Below are positions 56,793 to 63,870 of a DNA stretch of 64,000 nucleotides, in pieces. Position 1 is the first letter of the stretch. The number at the start of each line of letters is the position of its first letter. Position numbers and translations under genes: made by a program. The notes beneath the pieces were generated by a model that worked only from the letters and a program-made list of their open reading frames with translations, was not told where the DNA came from and searched no databases. Location: the sequence record MN445183.1; one strand, 5' to 3'.

Positions 56793-56826
56793 GGGGCGGG
56801 GCTAATAACCCCGCTCTTTTTTTTTT
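56793..56826 (+). terminator. Intrinsic terminator
   Basis: GGGGCGGGG...CCCCGCTCT followed by a T-run. Confidence 0.75.
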
Positions 56827-56851
56827 ACTACACAACTAGGTTACTGTACTT

Positions 56852-57169
56852 ATGGTACCTGTCTCTATTTATAGCGACATTTTGTCGCTTATCCAGTTTC
56901 TTGAATCGCATGATGGTTTGCCCTGTTCCGCCTTACGTATTACGGATAAAGCAAATCGTCGCCACTTCCCAGATGATGTCCAGGAGGCCATTTTAGAATT
57001 GCAATACCTGCTCAATGAGTATTTTAATGATCAAGCCAAAGTGGAATCGTTATTAAAATATTGCGCTGAGTATGCCTGTGTTCTGACTTATACACAGGGC
57101 AGCGAAGACACGTGGGGCTTATCAACATTCTTCCTTAATCTAACGAAGGGAAAGATCTGGTTTGGCTGA
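56852..57169 (+). CDS. Small hypothetical protein (T.KG...G C-terminal family)
   Basis: 105 aa. Confidence 0.65.
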   Translation: MVPVSIYSDILSLIQFLESHDGLPCSALRITDKANRRHFPDDVQEAILELQYLLNEYFNDQAKVESLLKYCAEYACVLTYTQGSEDTWGLSTFFLNLTKGKIWFG

Positions 57170-57177
57170 CGAATGAT

Positions 57178-57849
57178 ATGTCTTTGTTACCTGAGGAATG
57201 TCTCGTGAGTCGATCAATGACCTGGTCTAAGCTTGAAATGGTTTGGCTACTGGTCGCGTCCTTGGTGTTATCGGCCACAGCGTGTTACTACGCGGATTGG
57301 TTCTACTATGTAGCAACCCTTTCGTTAGTACTACACTTCATTCTTTTGGGGCGGGGGTATTACCTGGGGTTCTTATTTGGCGGGTTCGCGGTCGCCTTTT
57401 ATGGATTCTACTGCCACCGTCTGGGAATGGCCTTTCACTTAGGGGCGCAAGGACTGTATTTGTTAGTTAACATAGTAGGTGCTTTTATCTGGCGGTATCA
57501 ATACGCTTTTCACAAACCACAATCCTTACAGTCATTACCGTACTGGTATGACATCGCACTCACGCTGATCCTCATTGTAGGTATGGGCGCTGTGTCGTAT
57601 AACGTCATTGCCACCGGCGATGTAGTAGAATCGTTACGGCCGTTCACCATCATTGGTGCCTGCGTCGGAACGCTGATGATTATATTCGGATACCACGAAC
57701 GTTGGTGGGTTTGGATTGAAGTGTGTTCGGTGGCCACTATTTTGTGGCTGTTGTACTACTTCCAAACTGGTCACGGGTTACCCGGAATAGTCGCCTGGTT
57801 GGTTGCTTTGTTTAGCGCTGTTATTTGTCACTACACGCATCGAAAGTAA
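57178..57849 (+). CDS. pnuC: PnuC-like nicotinamide riboside transporter
   Basis: About 7 TM segments; G.Y.GFLFG...Y, QGLYL..N..G...W and ERWWVWI motifs. Confidence 0.7.
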   Translation: MSLLPEECLVSRSMTWSKLEMVWLLVASLVLSATACYYADWFYYVATLSLVLHFILLGRGYYLGFLFGGFAVAFYGFYCHRLGMAFHLGAQGLYLLVNIVGAFIWRYQYAFHKPQSLQSLPYWYDIALTLILIVGMGAVSYNVIATGDVVESLRPFTIIGACVGTLMIIFGYHERWWVWIEVCSVATILWLLYYFQTGHGLPGIVAWLVALFSAVICHYTHRK

Positions 57850-57856
57850 TGTATAC

Positions 57857-57901
57857 GACGGCGGCTTTCTCCTGCGGGAGGAGGTCCCGTCTTTTATGCC
57901 G
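57857..57901 (+). terminator. Hairpin followed by TTTTATGCCG
   Basis: GACGG...CTCC-TGCG-GGAG...CCGTC then the motif. Confidence 0.6.
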
Positions 57902-57910
57902 CCTAATTCA

Positions 57911-57934
57911 TTTTAGACCTATATTACCTAAGTG
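57911..57934 (+). promoter_or_regulatory. Early-type phage promoter motif
   Basis: TTTTAGAC-CTATATTAC-CTAA-GTG, containing an exact TATATTAC. Confidence 0.7.
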
Positions 57935-57963
57935 TATCTAAACCGTAACCCGTGAGAAAAATA

Positions 57964-58260
57964 ATGAACGAAGCCCTTATTAAGAAAGAGCGTCTGGGCG
58001 CCATGGAACGTCTAGAGCGTCAGCTTGATGAACTCTATGCCAAGAAACTTACTCTGGATCGCAATCTCAGCACAGCCCAACAAGACATGGCACTCACCAT
58101 GAGAAGGAAAGGCACTTCCGTCGACAGATTCCGTGAGATGCAAGATGCCCTTGCAGCCGCGACTCAAAACGCTAATGAGATCCATCAGTTGGAGCGTCAA
58201 CTGAAAAGAGCCCGTGAAACCTTTGAACGGGATTATCCTAATTTTGGAAGAGGAGGCTAA
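57964..58260 (+). CDS. Small coiled-coil protein
   Basis: Heptad-rich ~98 aa downstream of the promoter motif. Confidence 0.7.
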   Translation: MNEALIKKERLGAMERLERQLDELYAKKLTLDRNLSTAQQDMALTMRRKGTSVDRFREMQDALAAATQNANEIHQLERQLKRARETFERDYPNFGRGG

Positions 58261-58677
58261 ATGCAACAACCACTGATATTGTTTCGCTGTGGATGGAGTG
58301 CCACGCCGGTTAACGAAGAGAACTATTGTCATCGTCACCCACCTGGACCGAACATCATCCAGTACTGGTGCACGGGTGGTGGGTTTGACTACGACAACTT
58401 TGTAGGGATTGTCGCGGCCCCGTCCGAAGAAGAACTCATGTCGATCATCAGTCAGGATTTCCTGAATGTTCAAGATCGTGGGTTTACCCGCCTGTACGAC
58501 CCCAGTGACATTACTGATCGTTTTCAGCTACCTATAAACGAATGGGGGTATCAGCGCCTAGCGTATCTACTCAGCACAGGACAGCTGTATACACGGCCTA
58601 TCGTGGGGCATTACGAGCCAGAACCCATGGGGCCGTCCTGGTGGTGCACAACGAACATTGAGTTGTTCGACGTCTAA
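58261..58677 (+). CDS. Hypothetical protein
   Basis: 138 aa, GGAGG RBS. Confidence 0.7.
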   Translation: MQQPLILFRCGWSATPVNEENYCHRHPPGPNIIQYWCTGGGFDYDNFVGIVAAPSEEELMSIISQDFLNVQDRGFTRLYDPSDITDRFQLPINEWGYQRLAYLLSTGQLYTRPIVGHYEPEPMGPSWWCTTNIELFDV

Positions 58678-58683
58678 ACTCAC

Positions 58684-58711
58684 AAGAGGCCTTCGGGTCT
58701 CTTTTTTTTTT
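58684..58711 (+). terminator. Intrinsic terminator
   Basis: AAGAGGCC-TTCG-GGTCTCTT plus T-run. Confidence 0.8.
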
Positions 58712-58731
58712 CTATTTTTAAGTTCCAGATT

Positions 58732-58756
58732 TTTTCAGACCTATATGACCAGTGTG
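58732..58756 (+). promoter_or_regulatory. Early-type phage promoter motif
   Basis: TTTTCAGAC-CTATATGAC-CAGT-GTG. Confidence 0.65.
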
Positions 58757-58807
58757 AATGAGAGCAATAAACAATCCTTTCAATTACCTTAACTTGTGGA
58801 GTTTATC

Positions 58808-59047
58808 ATGATCAACCCAATTCGCATGGTCAAAGCAGCTATCGCCAAACGTGAAGAAGTAAAAGCAGCACGTGAAGCTAAATTGAATGCAGCCCGCGAA
58901 TCGGCTGCTCAGTTCTCTCGTCTGGAAGTTTCCGTACGTCGCATGACTCATGGTCAACTGGCTCACGCATTGTCTAACGGTTCACTGCAAGCTGCACGTG
59001 CTCAGTTCGACATCGACATGGCAACTATCCGTAACCTGTCTAAATAA
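58808..59047 (+). CDS. Small basic Ala-rich early protein
   Basis: GGAG RBS before ATG 58808; strongly biased codons (GCA/GCT, CGT, AAA). Confidence 0.75.
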   Translation: MINPIRMVKAAIAKREEVKAAREAKLNAARESAAQFSRLEVSVRRMTHGQLAHALSNGSLQAARAQFDIDMATIRNLSK

Positions 59048-59091
59048 ATTAATCCGTAATAAACATACCCTAAACCTGTGAGGATCTAAAG

Positions 59092-59310
59092 ATGGAAAAC
59101 GTAAACCTGAACAACGAAGCGCAAGTAGAAACCGTAGCCGTAGCAACCGCAACTTCTAAAATGAAGAAAGCCGCATTCTACGTTGGTGTTGGTATGGCTG
59201 CCGGTGCAATCGGTTACCATCTCTACAAAGTGTGCAAGAAAGTGAAAACAGTTGTAGACGTTGTGGCTGAAGAAGAGCCAGCGGCAACTGAAGAAACCCC
59301 GGCTGCATAA
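59092..59310 (+). CDS. Small single-TM early protein
   Basis: GAGG RBS; AAFYVGVGMAAGAIGYHLY TM segment; acidic C-terminal tail. Confidence 0.75.
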   Translation: MENVNLNNEAQVETVAVATATSKMKKAAFYVGVGMAAGAIGYHLYKVCKKVKTVVDVVAEEEPAATEETPAA

Positions 59311-59318
59311 GCCGTATA

Positions 59319-59349
59319 AATGAGGATCCATGTGGGTCCTCATTTTTTT
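59319..59349 (+). terminator. Intrinsic terminator
   Basis: AATGAGGATCC-ATGT-GGGTCCTCATT plus T-run. Confidence 0.75.
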
Positions 59350-59381
59350 ACCTTGACCTGTCAGCGCCTGAGGAGGCCACC

Positions 59382-59825
59382 ATGCATCATTACAAATTTC
59401 CTGAAATCACCCGTACTGACATTTACGGTGAAGAAGAAGACTTTGGCAGACTGGCTAAAGTAAGCATCGCAGGGGTTGACGTATACATTGCGTCACATCG
59501 TGTGGAACCTCGCTTTGGTAAGTTGGGTGAAGTTGAAGAAGTGCCGGAGTTCTTGACGGATCTGCACATCACCTGCTGTGAAACCGGTGGTAACGGTAAC
59601 AGCTATGTGTATATCACAGACAAAGCGCACATCTGGCCGGTATGCCAATACCTGTCTAAGCAGCGGGATAAGTTCTCTGACATCTTTGTGAGTGGTAGCC
59701 GTTGCTCGGTCCTGATGTCATTTAAGGATGGCGTGGGTATGAGAACACATAACCCTCATGAACAGCTTATGACCGAAGCTGAACGTGAGTATTATCGCTT
59801 ACCGGCAGCAGGCGCCGAAGCGTAA
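59382..59825 (+). CDS. Hypothetical protein
   Basis: 147 aa, GAGGAGG RBS. Confidence 0.7.
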   Translation: MHHYKFPEITRTDIYGEEEDFGRLAKVSIAGVDVYIASHRVEPRFGKLGEVEEVPEFLTDLHITCCETGGNGNSYVYITDKAHIWPVCQYLSKQRDKFSDIFVSGSRCSVLMSFKDGVGMRTHNPHEQLMTEAEREYYRLPAAGAEA

Positions 59826-59828
59826 TAA

Positions 59829-59859
59829 AGACGGGGCGGTTGCCCCTTCTTTTTTTTTT
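59829..59859 (+). terminator. Intrinsic terminator
   Basis: GGGGC-GGTT-GCCCC plus a long T-run. Confidence 0.7.
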
Positions 59860-59877
59860 GTTATTGAGCTGTATTTA

Positions 59878-59902
59878 TTTTCAGATCTACATTACTGCCG
59901 TG
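59878..59902 (+). promoter_or_regulatory. Early-type phage promoter motif
   Basis: TTTTCAGAT-CTACATTAC-TGCC-GTG. Confidence 0.7.
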
Positions 59903-59947
59903 ATAAGCAGTATTAACTTTCTATCCATAACTCGTAAGGAGTAAATC

Positions 59948-60013
59948 ATGGTTATTAATAACGATACCAATCAAGGTAATTCAATCAGCTGTTTCTTTCT
60001 GGACAAGCCGTAA
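59948..60013 (+). CDS. Candidate 21-aa early micropeptide MVINNDTNQGNSISCFFLDKP
   Basis: TAAGGAG RBS 7 nt upstream, first ORF after a promoter motif; below the ORF-track cutoff. Confidence 0.45.
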   Translation: MVINNDTNQGNSISCFFLDKP

Positions 60014-60072
60014 AGCAGTGTATCGTATAAGACCAAACCTGCGTTTATGCCGATTTTAATAAGAGAGATAAA

Positions 60073-60879
60073 ATGAACAAAGAATTGCATGCGGCCATCG
60101 TACATGGATCTACCGCGTTAGCCGTGAAGAAAAATGCGGGTAAAACCCGCCATACCCTCAATGAGATTCAGGAGCGTCGTAAGGAGCAGTTTTATACCTT
60201 ACTCAAGACTTTCCTACCGGTAGACTTTATTGATCGGGCATTGGCAGAATATAACCGTAACGATGCAGCGCATCTGGAAGACCATGCTATTGCGGTGGTG
60301 CTGAACGCCAATGACATCGTGGATAAGTTTCCGGAACTCAAATGGCATCGCAGGGTTATTCTCACAGCGGCGTTGTTGCATGATGTCAGGTGTCACGTCA
60401 ATCGTGATAAGCACCATATCCTGGGCGCGTTAGCAGTATACCGCGAATATCTGCTGGCTTACCCAGAAACCAAAACCATGTTCAGCGAGCACCAAATCAC
60501 CATGGTTGAGCAGTGCGTGTTAGAACACCGTGCGTCGTGGAAACATGAACGCTCCCATAACGCTTCAGAATGCGTTGCAGCGGCTGACAGGGGTAAACCA
60601 GACCTGTACAACTATATGCGCCGTGCAGTGCGTTTCCGTTACGCACAGCTGCCAGATGGGGTGTCTATTACGGACTCTATCAAACACCAGATCATCGACG
60701 AATCCATTAAGCATATGCAGGAGAAGTTCGGTGAGAAGGGATATGCCTGGGAAACTATGCCGAAGTACACGCTGTTGATGTACGAAGCAGAAATCCGTGC
60801 AATGAAAGAAGCGGTGGAAGAAACCACTGCTGTTACCCACGCTGAAGCGTTTAAACGTTTCGACGGTTGGGTTGTTTAA
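60073..60879 (+). CDS. HD-domain metal-dependent phosphohydrolase
   Basis: HLEDH...ALLHD...HH..GA...EHRAS...AAADR. Confidence 0.85.
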   Translation: MNKELHAAIVHGSTALAVKKNAGKTRHTLNEIQERRKEQFYTLLKTFLPVDFIDRALAEYNRNDAAHLEDHAIAVVLNANDIVDKFPELKWHRRVILTAALLHDVRCHVNRDKHHILGALAVYREYLLAYPETKTMFSEHQITMVEQCVLEHRASWKHERSHNASECVAAADRGKPDLYNYMRRAVRFRYAQLPDGVSITDSIKHQIIDESIKHMQEKFGEKGYAWETMPKYTLLMYEAEIRAMKEAVEETTAVTHAEAFKRFDGWVV

Positions 60880-60935
60880 TCCATTATCGCCGGGATTCAG
60901 TCCCGGCACTCACATGACATGTAGAGGAACAACCA

Positions 60936-61406
60936 ATGAATACTGCAACTCCCGTAGCTTCTGTAGCGAAATCTATCTTTAACTTCAAACGTCCTGACTT
61001 GCTGACGCCAAAGTCGGAAACGAAAGAAGAAACGATTGTGATTAAACTGGAACGCACGCCAGTGAAGGTAAGCAAGCCGCCGTACACCCCGGATCGACTC
61101 GTTGCGTTGTTGAATCGTCTTGAGCATCAAAACCAGGTTATCAAAGCTGTTCAGATGGGTGGCTGGGTTCTGGGCTGTCGTATGCAAGATGACATCACCG
61201 GTATCCTGGCTAAAGGTAGTGAAGATTTTGATCTTTCTCACTACGTTTGGTATGGACGTGCCGATGTATGGCAGCACGCCATGAACCTGGATGATCTGGT
61301 GGCGGAATTACAAAAACGTCACGGTACCGCGATCAAGCCTGGCTATCTTTCTGAGAAGTGCTTAGAGCTTGAATTCACAGTTCGTATTGTGATGCTTGAT
61401 CGTTAA
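60936..61406 (+). CDS. Hypothetical protein
   Basis: 156 aa, GAGG RBS. Confidence 0.7.
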   Translation: MNTATPVASVAKSIFNFKRPDLLTPKSETKEETIVIKLERTPVKVSKPPYTPDRLVALLNRLEHQNQVIKAVQMGGWVLGCRMQDDITGILAKGSEDFDLSHYVWYGRADVWQHAMNLDDLVAELQKRHGTAIKPGYLSEKCLELEFTVRIVMLDR

Positions 61407-61515
61407 TGTACTTTTGTACAAACCTGTCTCTTAGTATAGAAGCCATTATTGGTTTTTAGCGAGCTAACGCTAACGAGACAGGTTATATGACGATTACACT
61501 TAAGAGCATATACCC

Positions 61516-62049
61516 ATGAATACATTAAACGTATTACTTATTCTACTTACTATCTGCTTTATCTCAACGATGTTGATTCACATCGGCTATGTAAAGCGTG
61601 TAAGGAACCGTTATAAATTCATTAACCTGGCCTATCTGTTTTCTATGTTAGCCACGGCAACCTACAGCATCCGAATGGCAGACGTGCCGATTCAATCTAT
61701 TCCTGCGGGAAGTTGCACGGAAGATGTGAAACGGATTAATGTCATCGCGAATGCCATTATTACTTATCTTCAAAAATGGCATTATACGTTAGCCTATATG
61801 TTCACAGCATCACGATTACCCGTGATAGACATTAAGATGTCGGTTAATCATCAAACCACATTTCTTAATGACGTGGGTGAACAGGTCGCGTATGCGTTTC
61901 AGATCACTATAACGGCAGGCGACGTAATACAAAGCTTTCCGTTAGTGGTTTCAAACCAAAACGTAGAGCAGGTTGTGGGTAAGTTAGTTTACCATGCACA
62001 ACAGCTCGATCAATTAACCAGTAGCTTTATGCAACCTGGCAGTGATTAA
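61516..62049 (+). CDS. Membrane-anchored hypothetical protein
   Basis: N-terminal TM plus a second hydrophobic segment. Confidence 0.65.
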   Translation: MNTLNVLLILLTICFISTMLIHIGYVKRVRNRYKFINLAYLFSMLATATYSIRMADVPIQSIPAGSCTEDVKRINVIANAIITYLQKWHYTLAYMFTASRLPVIDIKMSVNHQTTFLNDVGEQVAYAFQITITAGDVIQSFPLVVSNQNVEQVVGKLVYHAQQLDQLTSSFMQPGSD

Positions 62050-62116
62050 TATTAACGATGATTCCGTCTACACGGCTAAGGCTGTGTAACGGAGTCACAT
62101 TTATGAGGATTTTAGC

Positions 62117-62623
62117 ATGAACGAAGGTATGGTGTTTAATCTGGCATTGGTGGCAATCGTTTTAATTTTGTCAGCCGCTATCTGGTATCGCGAGCGTAAG
62201 ACCAAAAATCCTAATCACTGTGACCCGCAGTTACAGGCGGTGCATGATTATTTGAACGAATCCATTACGACGTTGCTGGCGCAGATGGAGCGTAAGATCG
62301 AGGACCATTTCGAAGACGAGTACGACGAAGGCGATTACCTGTTACAAGAACAACTCAGGCGTCAGCGCGACATGGTAACGGATTTCAATGCATTCTGTGT
62401 GCATGTTTCTGGTTACCCTGGCTGGGGTCGGTATGTGAAAGCTATCGAAGGCATGGGTATCGATCTGGCTGAACATTGGGACTTAAAACTGACAACCAGT
62501 CCAACTGCTGTCAGTACGTTTTCTATCCCGTTGTGCAACGTTGCCCATCTGATTGATAAGTTAACGATCATCAACGACAACAATCAGATGTTGATCGATA
62601 TGATCAAAAGCAGCGAGCAGTAA
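62117..62623 (+). CDS. Membrane-anchored hypothetical protein
   Basis: N-terminal TM followed by a basic stop-transfer (RERK). Confidence 0.7.
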   Translation: MNEGMVFNLALVAIVLILSAAIWYRERKTKNPNHCDPQLQAVHDYLNESITTLLAQMERKIEDHFEDEYDEGDYLLQEQLRRQRDMVTDFNAFCVHVSGYPGWGRYVKAIEGMGIDLAEHWDLKLTTSPTAVSTFSIPLCNVAHLIDKLTIINDNNQMLIDMIKSSEQ

Positions 62624-62678
62624 AACTGAACATTGTTTGTCCATAGTTTGAGTTCTAATTTAGCATGAGGGGTAACGG

Positions 62679-63170
62679 ATGGAACTCGTGTATTTAGCGA
62701 TAGGCGTGGTATTAGGTGTTATTGCCACTGCTGTCTACTTTAATCACGACCAGGAAAAGAAACGGGCTGAGATTGTTGAACGTGCACCGATGTCATTTGC
62801 TCAGATGTATGCGTATACGTTGGAGCGTTTCAGTGATCCATCAATTCCTCGTTTACGTCAAACCCACACATTGCTGAGGGGTCAAAGAGATCTTCTGGAC
62901 GTGTTAGGTGAGGCGGGTGGTATCGTAGAACGGGTACGTGTGCTGTCCAAACAACCTGAACATTTATTGCCAAAGTTCCTGGTTAATTTGCACGATACCG
63001 AGTTTGACAGAAACGGATGTGTTGAACTCTGGGTGGATGTATCCGATGACGTGTCTGAGGTTTATTACCTACGCGGTGAGCATCTCCCTGTGGTGGTTAA
63101 TGTCCTGAGCAACATCAACGCCACTTTTAACAAGCAACTCGTGGTTATGACCAAAGGAATCGTGGAATAG
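62679..63170 (+). CDS. Membrane-anchored hypothetical protein
   Basis: N-terminal TM; GAGG RBS. Confidence 0.7.
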   Translation: MELVYLAIGVVLGVIATAVYFNHDQEKKRAEIVERAPMSFAQMYAYTLERFSDPSIPRLRQTHTLLRGQRDLLDVLGEAGGIVERVRVLSKQPEHLLPKFLVNLHDTEFDRNGCVELWVDVSDDVSEVYYLRGEHLPVVVNVLSNINATFNKQLVVMTKGIVE

Positions 63171-63238
63171 CCCGTTATAATTGCACTGCACATAGTTTGA
63201 GTTTTAACCCAATAATCAAAAACCAGTAAGGTACCGTA

Positions 63239-63508
63239 ATGTCTGTTAGTAAGCGTAAAGTAGCGAACCGTCTGTTAACGTTTCTTATTGTAGGAGGTCT
63301 GGTGTATTTGGTGGTGGCGTTTTTTCTTTTAAATGAGATTGACCAACCGAGTAAACTGGATGCTTTTAAGAAAACCAGCGTTGACAACACCCCTACCTTT
63401 AATCTTACCGAACCGCACACGCAATGTCAGTACGTGTACGACTCCGTAAACAAAAGCATCGTTCAGGCCAAAGGCTTTGAGCATTGCCAATTACCGTCTT
63501 TGAATTAA
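63239..63508 (+). CDS. Small membrane-anchored protein with a Cys pair
   Basis: Basic N-terminus, TM, extracytoplasmic C..C. Confidence 0.65.
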   Translation: MSVSKRKVANRLLTFLIVGGLVYLVVAFFLLNEIDQPSKLDAFKKTSVDNTPTFNLTEPHTQCQYVYDSVNKSIVQAKGFEHCQLPSLN

Positions 63509-63529
63509 CTTGACTCGTAGGGAATTATC

Positions 63530-63868
63530 ATGGAACAAAAGAACAACATTGCTATTCTGATTCTGGGTGATGCGGAGGCGGATAAAACAACCCTTCAACG
63601 CATCATTGGGCAGGCACTGCAAGATGCCGGGGTTAATTACACCCTTGGCACTGATAGCCAGCGTGAAAACAATCTGCTGGGTGCTCATCAGTACGACCAG
63701 GAAGCGGCAGCATTGGATCTTAACAACACCACCACGGTTGTGCTTGAGCAGATTGAAGCAGATAACATCAACAGTTTCGTAAGAGGGTCCCGTGACCCGT
63801 TAATTGGTTATAACGGTTACGAACATAGCTCGGGGTTTAAAATCATTCCGGTGTACAAAGGACTGTAA
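63530..63868 (+). CDS. Hypothetical protein with degenerate P-loop-like N-terminus
   Basis: IAILILGDAEADKTTLQRII. Confidence 0.65.
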   Translation: MEQKNNIAILILGDAEADKTTLQRIIGQALQDAGVNYTLGTDSQRENNLLGAHQYDQEAAALDLNNTTTVVLEQIEADNINSFVRGSRDPLIGYNGYEHSSGFKIIPVYKGL

Positions 63869-63870
63869 GT

